Origin: a bacterium
GTDB taxonomy: Bacteria > Chlamydiota > Chlamydiia > Chlamydiales > SM23-39
DNA: 62,793 nt
Direction: 5' to 3'
Assembly (NCBI GenBank): GCA_021781995.1
Contig: JAJXVT010000005.1
Location: 1-62,793, forward strand
Part shown: piece by piece, positions 20,450-30,809 of the stretch
How positions within the stretch are numbered: position 1 is the stretch's first letter
Layout: each line of letters opens with the position of its first letter
The notes under the pieces: model-generated
Told to the model about the DNA's origin: nothing
Seen by the model: only the letters and a program-made list of their open reading frames with translations
Database searches by the model: none
Program-made: the position numbers and the translations under genes

Positions 20450-20779
20450 TTATAAATTGTTTTCTCTTTCTGCTTGTAACTCATTGGTAACTAAGTTGTT
20501 TTGAATTATGGATTCGTGAACTTTTAATTCATCTAATTCAATTTGGTCGGTTCTCATTAAAGTCAGCATGATGCTGTATTGAGGATCGTTGGCGGGTAGT
20601 TCATTGAGAAAGTCTTTCATGATCGCAATGCGCTTTTTTAAGATGAGCTGCTCTTGTTGGTTAACGTCTAACTCTTTGAGCATGAGTTCTCTTCTACTGT
20701 GGACGTCCTGAATAAATGCCCTTTGTATGGCTGGGTTGGCGAAGTCTGGGGTAGGACTGTTTCCGAATAAATTATCCAT
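20450..20779 (-). CDS. Hypothetical coiled-coil protein
   Basis: 109-aa ORF, co-oriented with neighbours, helical composition. Confidence 0.6.
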   Translation of the reverse strand: MDNLFGNSPTPDFANPAIQRAFIQDVHSRRELMLKELDVNQQEQLILKKRIAIMKDFLNELPANDPQYSIMLTLMRTDQIELDELKVHESIIQNNLVTNELQAERENNL

Positions 20780-20849
20780 GACTTAATTAATACACGAATG
20801 TATATTAAAAAGTAAATTACTTGTAATTATACTGTTTTCAGTTTAGTAA

Positions 20850-21932
20850 TTAGGCGTCTATGTTAAAGTCTTCTGACTGAGAAAGGATTGTTTCGATCGT
20901 GGTTAAAACCGTCTCGGCGCTGGGCCGATTTTCGGGGTTTATGGACATCATATCTGAAAGTAAGTTTGCAACCGGGTCGATAAGCGACTCATTTTCTCGA
21001 AGCGCTGAGCTCATGTGGCTTCGAAGTTGATCGTATATAAATTGGCTCAAGGTTTCATCGCGGGTCAAGGGGCGTGTAAGATCGTCAAGAGTTGAATGGA
21101 TAAAACGAAGAATTGCATCGGCGGGGACTAACGTGACGAAGATGGTCACTCCAAAAGACCAGATATCGGATTGATAGCTGGGATGAGATCGACTGCTAGA
21201 ATTTCTCAATTCTGGAGCGAGATAGTTGATCGAACCTCCCCATTTGGTTTGATTGGTTTTGTTTGTGTTATCAAAATCTGTTAAAGCCCCGATCAGTTGC
21301 TTTTGTGCATTTCTTTTGAGTAGGATGTTTTCGGGTTTGATGTCGCCATGTACGTACTCATTTGCATGTAAGTCGTTGACAGCCATAGCAACGGAGTGGA
21401 AGATTTTTAAGGACACCAACGGGGCTAGAGGAAGTTTGGTGTAGAGATCTCCTTCTGGAAAAAATTCTGTGATGATGGCAAAAAAATCAGAGGAGGGGGT
21501 GCGTAAAGCGTGGTAGAATCGGGGGATGCTTCGAATGGACAATTGCTGCAAAGTTCGATGTATATTTGTTTCATGTTCAAAAAAATCTTGTATTTCCGCC
21601 GGGGTTGTGGTGTGCTTGGGCGCAATGCGAAGCATGGCGAATAGGTTTTGAGTTAAAAGATCTACAACCGCGCTGCATTGCTTCCAGTGGCCTCTTTGTG
21701 TTAAAGCTGCTTCTACAAAAGTATTTTCCGGCGTTAGAATGCAAACTCTTTCTTGAAACTTGAGCAAAGCTAAGCTTGTCCTTTCTGTTCTCATTGCGGC
21801 CAAAGCATTGGCGGCAATGACCAAGATTTGCCGCTCTTGATTCGGGAGAACCGGCTTCAGTAGATGTTGCAGGGTAGGCACAAGGTCTTTTGGTTCAATG
21901 CTAGATCCGAAACAAGAAGTTGGTGTGCTCAT
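20850..21932 (-). CDS. Hanks-type Ser/Thr protein kinase (candidate effector)
   Basis: HGDIKPENIL, DFD, GSINYLAPE, DIWSFG, RPSA; probable start ATG 21932. Confidence 0.85.
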   Translation of the reverse strand: MSTPTSCFGSSIEPKDLVPTLQHLLKPVLPNQERQILVIAANALAAMRTERTSLALLKFQERVCILTPENTFVEAALTQRGHWKQCSAVVDLLTQNLFAMLRIAPKHTTTPAEIQDFFEHETNIHRTLQQLSIRSIPRFYHALRTPSSDFFAIITEFFPEGDLYTKLPLAPLVSLKIFHSVAMAVNDLHANEYVHGDIKPENILLKRNAQKQLIGALTDFDNTNKTNQTKWGGSINYLAPELRNSSSRSHPSYQSDIWSFGVTIFVTLVPADAILRFIHSTLDDLTRPLTRDETLSQFIYDQLRSHMSSALRENESLIDPVANLLSDMMSINPENRPSAETVLTTIETILSQSEDFNIDA

Positions 21933-22116
21933 AGTGCCTATGACTGAAGAAAGGTAAATATTATATCTGGCTGGGCGGTTTTCGTACATAGGAATTGCAG
22001 ATTTCGTTGCCTATTTTCTAAAAATCATTTAGGCTAACGAGCCAGTTGCACGCTTCTATTGGTCTCTTTGCGATGAGTGGGCAATTGGCCTTGTAATGTA
22101 TATTGGAGGATCTCAG

Positions 22117-22926
22117 ATGACGACGTTAAAATTGGAAGAAAAAACCGATATTCCTCTATTGCTTGTACCGCCTTTAGCAGAGGTGATTTTTGAGCTGAGA
22201 TGGGAGTTGCAAGGAGATGCCCAGACCGGGGTGTACCGCGATCAGTCATATCCAATGATGTATGGCCGTATGTATGAGCGGCTTAAAAAAGATTTTCCTA
22301 TTATTGAAGATCTTCCGTCTGTGCAAGCGCATCCGGACACAGCTCCATATGTGGTGCGCCACCGTTTGCGCAAGGAAAAAAACGGCTGGCCCTTGATTCA
22401 GGTAGGCCCGGGAATCCTCACGATCAATGATGGACGAGGGTATTGTTGGAGACAGTTTAAACAATTGATTTTGCGAGTGGTTGAATTGATTGCTGATCTT
22501 TATCCAACAAGCGGCCGCCCTTTGAATTTTTTAAAGAGCGAGATTCGATATGTCAATGCAATTGGGTGCGATCCTCAGAAAGAAAACGCTTTGACATTTT
22601 TGGAGGAAAAATTACATACAAAAGTCGAGCTTCCGCTTGAATTGTTTACGACGAGCCAAATTGGCCCGTACCCACATGCCGTCGGTTTGAACTTAGCTTA
22701 CCCGCTGAATCGCCCTTTAGGGCATTTTGCTTGCAGCCTGAATCTAGGGCAGGCTGAAGGGAAGCCAGCATACATTTTGCAATCGGTTGTGTTTTCCTTG
22801 GGCGAGGTGGTGCCGCAGGATAAAGAAGCGTTTGATGCGTGGCTTGCTGAAGCGCACACTGTGGCCAAAAGCTCTTTTGTTAGCTTTTGCAAGGGGCCGT
22901 TAATGCAAAAATTCTGCGCAACCTGA
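22117..22926 (+). CDS. TIGR04255-like family protein
   Basis: [19 protein letters not shown] and IRYVN motifs; ggagga RBS before ATG 22117. Confidence 0.65.
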   Translation: MTTLKLEEKTDIPLLLVPPLAEVIFELRWELQGDAQTGVYRDQSYPMMYGRMYERLKKDFPIIEDLPSVQAHPDTAPYVVRHRLRKEKNGWPLIQVGPGILTINDGRGYCWRQFKQLILRVVELIADLYPTSGRPLNFLKSEIRYVNAIGCDPQKENALTFLEEKLHTKVELPLELFTTSQIGPYPHAVGLNLAYPLNRPLGHFACSLNLGQAEGKPAYILQSVVFSLGEVVPQDKEAFDAWLAEAHTVAKSSFVSFCKGPLMQKFCAT

Positions 22927-22933
22927 GGTTTAT

Positions 22934-23917
22934 ATGAAACGAGTCGCTATTACCGGGGCCGGTGGGCAGATTGCCTATAGCCTGATTTTTCGCATAGCCA
23001 ATGGAGAACTTTTTGGCGCTAATCAAGAAGTCGCATTGCAGCTTTTGGAAGTGCCGGATGCAATTGCTTCTTTAAAAGGGTTGGTAATGGAGTTGGAAGA
23101 TTGCGCTTTTCCTTTATTGAAGGAAGTGAAGATCGGTTCTGATCCGGAAGAAATGTTTGCAGGGGCAAATGCGGTCTTTTTGGTTGGGGCAAAGCCTCGA
23201 GGCCCCGGTATGGAGCGCAAAGATTTGTTGGCCGATAATGGGAAAATATTCATTGCGCAGGGCAAAGCGCTCAATCGCTGCGCCGCAAAGGATGTTCGCG
23301 TGTTGGTTGTTGGCAATCCGTGCAATACCAATTGTTTAATTGCTATGCATCACGCGCCCAATATTGCAAAAGATCAGTTTTTTGCGATGACTCGTTTAGA
23401 TCAAAATCGCGCGGTATCGCAGCTTGCAAAACGAGCGGGCTGCGACGTACAGTCTGTGTCCAACGTCGTTATTTGGGGCAACCATTCCTCGACGCAAATG
23501 CCCGATTTTGAGCATGCGAAAGTGCGTGGAAAATCAGCGTCGGAGGTCATTGGCGATATGCGTTGGCTGCAAACTGAATTTATAACAGGCGTGCAAAAAC
23601 GGGGTGCAGAAGTGATTGCAGCCCGCGGTAAATCATCGGCTGCTTCAGCTGCGAACGCAGCTCTTGATGCTATGCGCTCTGTATTTCATCCAACGCGTTC
23701 GGGAGATTGGTTTTCGATGGCGATTAGCGCCCAAGGTAATCCATACGGAATTGATGAACGGCTTGTTTTTTCTTTTCCTTGCACTTCCAAAGGAAAAGGA
23801 GATATTGAGATGGTGAAAGGGTTGCATTTAACTCCCTTCTTGCAAGAAAAACTCGCTTTAACGCAAAAAGAGCTTTTAGAAGAGCTGGAAATGATAGCTC
23901 CTTTACTTAGAGGCTGA
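22934..23917 (+). CDS. mdh: Malate dehydrogenase
   Basis: [35 protein letters not shown]. Confidence 0.95.
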   Translation: MKRVAITGAGGQIAYSLIFRIANGELFGANQEVALQLLEVPDAIASLKGLVMELEDCAFPLLKEVKIGSDPEEMFAGANAVFLVGAKPRGPGMERKDLLADNGKIFIAQGKALNRCAAKDVRVLVVGNPCNTNCLIAMHHAPNIAKDQFFAMTRLDQNRAVSQLAKRAGCDVQSVSNVVIWGNHSSTQMPDFEHAKVRGKSASEVIGDMRWLQTEFITGVQKRGAEVIAARGKSSAASAANAALDAMRSVFHPTRSGDWFSMAISAQGNPYGIDERLVFSFPCTSKGKGDIEMVKGLHLTPFLQEKLALTQKELLEELEMIAPLLRG

Positions 23918-23921
23918 CTTT

Positions 23922-25082
23922 ATGCGAGATGGCGTTTTGTTTGAGATGACTAAAGATAACTTGGAAACAGGTTTGAGAGGCATCCCCGTTGGATATTGCG
24001 TTACGTCATTTGTAGACCCAATCAAAGGGCTTTCCTATGTAGGGCGCCCCATTGGACAAATTGCCCGGCGTGCGCCAATGGAAATTATCTATTTGCTATA
24101 CCATGGAGAGAACGGCTCTAAAGAACAAGTTTCTCGTTTTGAAGAAGAGTTGGCAAAAAGAGCCTCTTGTAAGAGCGATACTTTGCGCCATATCGAAGCT
24201 CTGCCTGTAGTTGGGGCGCCGATGGATCGATTTGCTGCAGCGCTTTTGATTGTTGGTTTATGCGAAGGGACGGGAGATTATCGAGAAGATTGTTTGCACG
24301 TCATTGCGAAATTGCCGCAAATTGCAGCTACGGTGATGAATAGCTCTGCTGGATGGGGACCGACGCCGCCTACTAATCCGTCTTTGGGCTATATGGAAAA
24401 CTTTCTTCATATGCTTAAATTTCCGGGGCAGCGTCCTGATGTGCTCATTGAAATTTTAAAAGTATTTAACGTTGCGCACTACGATCATGACGGCGGTAAT
24501 TTATCGACATTTGTCGGCAAAGCGGTTGCGTCTGGTTTAGAACCTATGTGGGGCTCGCTTGCAGGCGCTATGACGGCATTAGCAGGACCTCGTCATGGGC
24601 GCGCCAATCAAGATTGTTTAGAATTTGTGCAAGAAGTGACGGATCAAGTCGGTCCCTTTCCAAAGCCTGGGCAAATTGAAGAGTGGGTTCGCAATCGCTT
24701 GTCGTCGGGGAAATTAGTTTTTGGGTTTGGCCATGCAGTACTTCGCGTAGAAGATCCTCGCGCAACTGTTTTTTACGATTATGCGCAAAAACATTTTGCC
24801 GATCATCCCCTGATTCAAACGGCCCTTTTGCTCAGGACCGAAGGGACAAAAGTGTTGAAAGAAAATCCTAAAATTGCAAGTCCTTACCCAAATGTCGATG
24901 CGATTACTGGTTCAGTATTGATGGCTGCCGGATTTCCATATCCGGAATATTATACCATTTTATTTGGCCTAGCTCGCTGTATTGGTATTGCGATTCAAAT
25001 TGTATACGAACGTGTTGAAGCCCGCGATGGCAAAGGCGTGCCGATCATGAGACCTCTTTACTTATATAAATCTAGATCATGA
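23922..25082 (+). CDS. gltA: Citrate synthase
   Basis: DHDGGNLS, LAGPRHG, GFGHAVLR, PNVD catalytic motifs. Confidence 0.9.
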   Translation: MRDGVLFEMTKDNLETGLRGIPVGYCVTSFVDPIKGLSYVGRPIGQIARRAPMEIIYLLYHGENGSKEQVSRFEEELAKRASCKSDTLRHIEALPVVGAPMDRFAAALLIVGLCEGTGDYREDCLHVIAKLPQIAATVMNSSAGWGPTPPTNPSLGYMENFLHMLKFPGQRPDVLIEILKVFNVAHYDHDGGNLSTFVGKAVASGLEPMWGSLAGAMTALAGPRHGRANQDCLEFVQEVTDQVGPFPKPGQIEEWVRNRLSSGKLVFGFGHAVLRVEDPRATVFYDYAQKHFADHPLIQTALLLRTEGTKVLKENPKIASPYPNVDAITGSVLMAAGFPYPEYYTILFGLARCIGIAIQIVYERVEARDGKGVPIMRPLYLYKSRS

Positions 25083-26026
25083 AAGTTCGCTACCCACCTA
25101 TAGAACCTTATCGCACCGGTTTTTTGTCTGTAAGCTCAGAGCATACGCTCTATTTTGAAGAATGCGGCAATCCAAAAGGAGTGCCGGTTGTCTTTTTGCA
25201 TGGTGGTCCTGGCAGTGGGATTGAAGCTAGCCATCGCTGCTTTTTCAATCCGGCAAAGTATCGGATTATTTTATTTGATCAAAGAGGTTCCGGCAGAAGC
25301 CGCCCTCACGCTTGTCTACATGAAAATACAACATGGCATTTGGTTTCAGATATTGAAAAAGTGCGCGAGCATTTGCATATCGAACAATGGGTTGTATTTG
25401 GAGGCTCATGGGGAAGTACTTTAGCTTTGGCGTATGCTCAAACTCACCCTGCGCGCGTAACACATTTGATTTTGCGCGGTATTTTTTTGGGCCGGCCCAA
25501 AGAGCTGAGGTGGTTTTATCAATTTGGCGCGCATCATATTTTCCCTGATGAATATGAAAAATATATTTCGGTCATACCTCAAGAAGAGCGAGGCGATTTG
25601 ATCGAAGCGTATTATAAAAGATTAACCTCAGAAGATTCTACTATTCGTAGCCAAGCTGCAAAAGCTTGGTCGACCTGGGAAGGCGCAACGCTGAAATTGA
25701 TTTTTGACCCTGAATTTTTTTTTCAATTCACAGAAGATTTTCGAGCTGATGCAATAGCTCGAATTGAATGTCACTATTTTCGCAATCGATGTTTTTTTGA
25801 TACAGACAATTGGCTACTAGAGCATATTGATGCAGTGAGATCTATTCCCTCGGTGATTATTCAAGGTCGCTACGATATCATTTGTCCGATGGAATCAGCA
25901 TGGGAGTTGCATTGTGCTTGGCCTGAGGCTCGGTTTGAAGTGATTCCAGATGCCGGCCACGCTGCGAGCGAGCCGGGGATCTTGAACGCGCTCATTGCGG
26001 CGACGGAGCGGATAAGTAGCAAATGA
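25079..26026 (+). CDS. pip: Proline iminopeptidase
   Basis: HGGPG, DQRG, GGSWG nucleophile, GRYD, AGH. Confidence 0.93.
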   Translation: MKVRYPPIEPYRTGFLSVSSEHTLYFEECGNPKGVPVVFLHGGPGSGIEASHRCFFNPAKYRIILFDQRGSGRSRPHACLHENTTWHLVSDIEKVREHLHIEQWVVFGGSWGSTLALAYAQTHPARVTHLILRGIFLGRPKELRWFYQFGAHHIFPDEYEKYISVIPQEERGDLIEAYYKRLTSEDSTIRSQAAKAWSTWEGATLKLIFDPEFFFQFTEDFRADAIARIECHYFRNRCFFDTDNWLLEHIDAVRSIPSVIIQGRYDIICPMESAWELHCAWPEARFEVIPDAGHAASEPGILNALIAATERISSK

Positions 26027-26855
26027 CTTGCAATTCGTCGTTTTGGTGTCGAGTAACCATGATAGAGTTCGATGCAAGCTGCGATGCTGTGCAATAGGCA
26101 ATTTGGGGCTGAATCTCAGAGGTGTCGATGTAGAAGAATGACATCTGTTCTGTTGCAGGATTATCGATCCAGAATTGATGGAGACCCCCTGTTTGCCAAT
26201 TTTGAATGAAGTGGTCGCGTTCATGTGCTTTAGCAACAGTTAGGGAATTCGTAACGCCCCTTTTGATAACTTTGTAAGTTAAGCTATTTCGGTTACGAAT
26301 TTGTCGGATTTTAACGGAATTATCTAATTTTGGGCCGGGCATCTCATTAGCATCATGAAAAACATCCTCATCAGAATCAGAAGAATCGACAATTTCGGCA
26401 GGCGATGCCGATCGTGGGCTAGCAGCTTCTACGGAGGGGGCAGCGGGCAGCTGGCTGTCATCAGCAGCGTTAAAAACAACCTCATCATCAGAATCGGCAA
26501 TTTCGGCAGGCGACGCCGATCGTGGGCTAGCAGCTTCTGCGGAGGGGGCAGCGGGCAAATTTGCATGAACGGTGTAAGGATCGAACTCTTCTGCTTTGAA
26601 ATAACGCATTGCAAACCACACAATGGCCTGGCAGCAGACGACGTATGAAATGAGTAAAGTAGCTCCAGTAAGACCGTATATAGTTCGATCTTTCCAAGAA
26701 AGCTGGGGGGACGACTCCTCTAATAGATTCATCTGTGTCCCGCTCCAGGCCCTCTGAATTCTCGCTACACCCTCTTTCCAAGGTTGTTGAAAATTGCAGT
26801 AAAACCAGTTATTGTACGCAAGGTCTGCAGGAATTGGTATGGCTGGTGCATTCAT
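25992..26855 (-). CDS. Hypothetical membrane protein with duplicated acidic segment and FFAT-like motif
   Basis: Long hydrophobic segment near the N-terminus; 36-aa internal duplication; DSSDSDEDVFHDANE. Confidence 0.7.
   Translation of the reverse strand: MNAPAIPIPADLAYNNWFYCNFQQPWKEGVARIQRAWSGTQMNLLEESSPQLSWKDRTIYGLTGATLLISYVVCCQAIVWFAMRYFKAEEFDPYTVHANLPAAPSAEAASPRSASPAEIADSDDEVVFNAADDSQLPAAPSVEAASPRSASPAEIVDSSDSDEDVFHDANEMPGPKLDNSVKIRQIRNRNSLTYKVIKRGVTNSLTVAKAHERDHFIQNWQTGGLHQFWIDNPATEQMSFFYIDTSEIQPQIAYCTASQLASNSIMVTRHQNDELQVICYLSAPSPQ
26391..26557. repeat. Intragenic duplication, 108-bp period
   Basis: 26391..26449 and 26499..26557 differ at 2 of 59 positions. Confidence 0.9.
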
Positions 26856-26955
26856 GTTTTATACTATACCATATTTTCGTATATTTTGTGATTGAAAATA
26901 ATCAAAACCAATTTTATAATACATATCTATATATTATTTTTTTGACTGAGTGGGA

Positions 26956-27966
26956 ATGAAAATCGCAGTTGTCGGAGCCGGTTTAGCCGGATTTTCAGTA
27001 AGTAATTTTTTACTTGATGTAGAAGGGGTAGAAGTTACTTTGTTTGATGCCAAGGGACCTGGCGCAGGGGGGTCTGGCGTATCTACGGGTTTGATGCATC
27101 CCTTTGCAGGACGTAGAGCATTGCGCTCGTGGAGAGCGTCGGAAGGAATGGAAGCTTCGTGGAACTTGATTGCGCAAGCAGAAAAAGCTTTGGGATTGCC
27201 GGTTGCTTCGCGCGGGGGGATTTTGCGTTTAGCTTTATCAGAACGACAAGAGCTTGATTTTCAAATGCGGGCGCAAGTGGATTCGGATGCAGTGTGGTGC
27301 GATCGTGAACAGGTGGCGCTGAAAGCTCCGCTCGCGGTTTGTGCCCCCGGTTTGTGGATACCTAATGCAGGCACAGTATACGCGCGTCGATACATGGAAG
27401 GGTTGCTATGTCTTGGCTTATCTAAAGGGTTGAAATTCGAGCAGCGAGAAATTCAAAGCACTGAGGAACTACGTGACTTTGATCAAATTGTACTATGTAC
27501 AGGTTATAATACTTCGCTGTTTGCAAAATGTTCGCATTTGCAGTTAGAGCCTACAAAAGGCCACGCTCTGCGATGCCGGTGGTCCGGCACTCCTCTTGCT
27601 TTTAGTTTGATTGGCAATGGACATATTAGTTTATCGGAGGATCGGGATTTTTGTTATCTCGGGTCAACCTATGAGCATGGATTTGATCATTTATCGCCCA
27701 ATGTAGGTCAAGTTGAACAGATGATGCAAAAGATCTGCGGTTTTTATCCGGAGGCGTCTCGGTTTGAAGTGGTGGATGTTTTAGTCGGCGCCCGCACTTC
27801 GATTTTGCATGGCTATCGCCCCGTTGTACAACAGATTTCGAAAAAAACATGGGTGTTTACGGGACTGGGTTCTCGAGGACTTCTTTATCATGCATTACTG
27901 GGCCGTGAGTTGGCGATAGAGATGGCTCAGCGCGTCGGCAGCCTGACGTGCTGTCCACCTGCGTAA
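26956..27966 (+). CDS. FAD-dependent oxidoreductase (DAO family)
   Basis: MKIAVVGAGLAG Rossmann motif; GSTYE; GLGSRG. Confidence 0.85.
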   Translation: MKIAVVGAGLAGFSVSNFLLDVEGVEVTLFDAKGPGAGGSGVSTGLMHPFAGRRALRSWRASEGMEASWNLIAQAEKALGLPVASRGGILRLALSERQELDFQMRAQVDSDAVWCDREQVALKAPLAVCAPGLWIPNAGTVYARRYMEGLLCLGLSKGLKFEQREIQSTEELRDFDQIVLCTGYNTSLFAKCSHLQLEPTKGHALRCRWSGTPLAFSLIGNGHISLSEDRDFCYLGSTYEHGFDHLSPNVGQVEQMMQKICGFYPEASRFEVVDVLVGARTSILHGYRPVVQQISKKTWVFTGLGSRGLLYHALLGRELAIEMAQRVGSLTCCPPA

Positions 27967-29307
27967 GGGATCGGGCTGTAACATCCCTTCAAATATGGGT
28001 CTTAATAGAGGGTTGATACGAGCGCAAGTTTCGGTCACCCAGTTTGGATTGCCAAAATAGCTTTGTTGAGTTAGTAATCGAGTTCTCGGGCTGTAGGAGC
28101 GAAATGCAAATGGCGGATTTCTCGTAAAACAGATTTCATATAAAACATGGGCTAATGCAAAAATGTCTGCAGCAGGCGTCATAGCTGCTTGAATTTTCTC
28201 CCAATCGTCTCTTAAATATCCCTCAATGCCTTCTGGGGCGATGGTGCGTGCATCAGCCCATCGAATGTCTTTTCGGTTGATTCTGCTTATATTGCATGCC
28301 AATCCAAAATCTAATAAAAATATTCTAATTTCTCCGTTTTTAATTGAAATTCCGAAATTGTCTAATTTTAAATCTCGATGGATGAAATGGATTTGATGCA
28401 AATCATCCACAGATCGACATATTTGTTCAGCGATATATATTTTTTCTGTCGTTTGTAGTTTGTTTTTTTGAATATAGTGAAATAAATTTCCGTGAGTTAG
28501 TTTTTCTAAAACTAAATATGTATGGTGTTTTGGGAAGAGTGTTGCACAAGCGGTGCGTAACATTAAGGTGTGCGGTTTGCCCTGTAAAGATTGAAGAATG
28601 GAAGTTTCGTTTTGCATTTCGGCTTGAAGAATGGAAGCAGAAACCGTTTCTCTCAACCGCGTTCGCAGTAGCGCAAAAATTTCAGCACGCTCCATGCATA
28701 AAACTTGTTTTACAATTTTAGATCCGCCCATCCCGCATCTGCAATGCTCATCTTCTTTATTAGAAAGTAAAAAACAAGAAGTGAGGCGGTTCCGGGGGCG
28801 GGGCAGAGCGATTAACGATCGTGGAATAAAATAAATCGAGCGGGGTTTTTTGTAAGGCGCATTGGCGCGCATCATATCTTGGGCTAATGCGTAGAGACGG
28901 TTGATTTGCCAATCTGATATCTCGCGAGCTGCAAATTCCCGCACGGCGCTTTTGATGCGATCGGGAGCTTGCGCCGGAGTTAAATGAAATGTACAGATGG
29001 GCAGGCTGTTACAGAGCAGTAAAGAGGGCGGCAGTGGAAGCTTTTCTATGGTCCAAATGCTAGGGTCTTGTTTAAAAAGATTTTCCTCTAGATGTATTAC
29101 AGTAAGTCCGGATAAAGAAGCGAGCGCGGAGGGAAGTTGTTTCAATTGGTTGTTTCGCAAATCCAAATATTGGAGCCATGAAAAATTCGCGATGAAATCA
29201 GGAAGGACTGATAATTTTTGATGTGCAAGATTCAATGCTCGGCTGCGAGTGATTTCACAGAGTGCAATGAATGCTAGCGGTTGTGCTAAATGCGGTGCTG
29301 TACTCAT
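27895..29307 (-). CDS. LRR-Ser/Thr kinase fusion (candidate effector)
   Basis: LQYLDLRNNQLKQLP LRR; GMGGSKIVK, HRDLKLDN, DFG, APE, DIF. Start ATG 29307 or TTG 29313. Confidence 0.85.
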   Translation of the reverse strand: MSTAPHLAQPLAFIALCEITRSRALNLAHQKLSVLPDFIANFSWLQYLDLRNNQLKQLPSALASLSGLTVIHLEENLFKQDPSIWTIEKLPLPPSLLLCNSLPICTFHLTPAQAPDRIKSAVREFAAREISDWQINRLYALAQDMMRANAPYKKPRSIYFIPRSLIALPRPRNRLTSCFLLSNKEDEHCRCGMGGSKIVKQVLCMERAEIFALLRTRLRETVSASILQAEMQNETSILQSLQGKPHTLMLRTACATLFPKHHTYLVLEKLTHGNLFHYIQKNKLQTTEKIYIAEQICRSVDDLHQIHFIHRDLKLDNFGISIKNGEIRIFLLDFGLACNISRINRKDIRWADARTIAPEGIEGYLRDDWEKIQAAMTPAADIFALAHVLYEICFTRNPPFAFRSYSPRTRLLTQQSYFGNPNWVTETCARINPLLRPIFEGMLQPDPLRRWTARQAADALSHLYRQLTAQ

Positions 29308-29309
29308 GT

Positions 29310-30752
29310 TCAATCTCTATCTATTAACGAAGCGACGATTGAGGAAGCTCTGCGAGCCGAGAGCCTCGATCGAGGCGATGGATTTAGTAAACCTTCAAAC
29401 AGTGTTTTAATTTTGAGGTTTTGAATGGGTGCTAGATCATTGTCAAGCCAATTGGGGCTATTGAAATGGGCGTACTTGCTGATTAGCCGTTCTTCAGGAG
29501 GCTGCCTGTAATAGGTGCAGGGAAGGTCTTTTCGAAACAGTATCCAGAAAAGAACGTGCGCCAGTGCAAAAACATCGGATTCTGGAGTCATTGTTTTTTG
29601 CATGGTTTGCCAATGGTTTTCAAGTAAGCTGCTGATTTGTTCAGGAGCTACAAATGGACTCATACTCCACTCAATCGAGGCGCCGGTGACATGCTGGATG
29701 CGGCAAGCAAGTCCAAAATCAATTAAGTAAACGCGAACCGCTTCAGGGGTAATGCATATTCCGAAATTGTCGACTTTGAGATCTCGATGAATAAATTCGG
29801 CTGAGTGCAAGTCGGCGAGCGCTCCTAACATTTGTCTGATGATTTGCAATAGTTCTCGAAGCGAAAGGGCATGTGAAGCGAGATAGGTGTATAAATTCCC
29901 ATGAGTCAGGGGTTGAAGGGCTACATACGTTCTGGACATAGATGCGCTGTTCGTGGGCGAGCGGATCGTTTCACATTCGGTATATAACCTTAAAAAATAA
30001 GTGCTATGTTGGATATTGCGCAAAATCCAAGTTTCTCGGCGCATGTCATATTTGAGTGCGGCAACAATCATATTTGTATCGTCGCGGCGATTTCTAGCTA
30101 GCGCTACGCGCCTGCCGCTCGTCATGCATAAAGCATTTTTAACGATTTTTGAAGCGCCGGATCCTAAAATGTGTGGATCGTCTTGTTTATTGGATAGGAG
30201 TAAACATAAAAGTCCGGTTTGATCTACCTTGCGCATAACAATTAAAGATCGTGGAATCCAATATTGTTTGCGCGAATATTTTTCAGAAACATTTCTTTTT
30301 CTCAATGTGTCTTGTGCTATGGCAAATAAACGCGCTAACTGATAATCCGAAATTTCTTTGTGTAAAAAAGTTCTTACAGCAGCAGCAATGCCATATTGAA
30401 CGATGGGCTCAGGATGAAAATGGAATGCTTCGATAGGAAGACCGTTGAATTGATGTAGGTTCGGAGGCAAGGGGAAGTCCTCTTCTGTCATGGTTGCAAT
30501 CTCTTCGCTTTCTCCAATAGGATTGCCGCGCAAATCTAACGCATGCAAGTGCTCTAACCGGCCGAGTAGAGAAGGGAATTCATGAAATTCGTTGAAGCTT
30601 AAGTCGAGTCTTTGCACGTATTTTAAAAAGCGATCTGTGAGATCGTGGAAATAAGACAAATTGGTTCGCGATAACACCAGCGCCTTTGAGCGGCAGTGGT
30701 ACGCTTGATTGATTTTTAAACTCGCAGTTAGAGAAAAACTTTCTGTGCTCAT
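29310..30752 (-). CDS. LRR-Ser/Thr kinase fusion, tandem paralog
   Basis: LDLSFNEF and LDLRGNPI LRRs; GSGASKIVK, HRDLKVDN, DFG, APE, DVF. Confidence 0.85.
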   Translation of the reverse strand: MSTESFSLTASLKINQAYHCRSKALVLSRTNLSYFHDLTDRFLKYVQRLDLSFNEFHEFPSLLGRLEHLHALDLRGNPIGESEEIATMTEEDFPLPPNLHQFNGLPIEAFHFHPEPIVQYGIAAAVRTFLHKEISDYQLARLFAIAQDTLRKRNVSEKYSRKQYWIPRSLIVMRKVDQTGLLCLLLSNKQDDPHILGSGASKIVKNALCMTSGRRVALARNRRDDTNMIVAALKYDMRRETWILRNIQHSTYFLRLYTECETIRSPTNSASMSRTYVALQPLTHGNLYTYLASHALSLRELLQIIRQMLGALADLHSAEFIHRDLKVDNFGICITPEAVRVYLIDFGLACRIQHVTGASIEWSMSPFVAPEQISSLLENHWQTMQKTMTPESDVFALAHVLFWILFRKDLPCTYYRQPPEERLISKYAHFNSPNWLDNDLAPIQNLKIKTLFEGLLNPSPRSRLSARRASSIVASLIDRD

Positions 30753-30809
30753 AGTCCTAACGAATAGAGTTTGACAGAACGTAAAAGAAAACTTAACATG
30801 AAAAGACTT

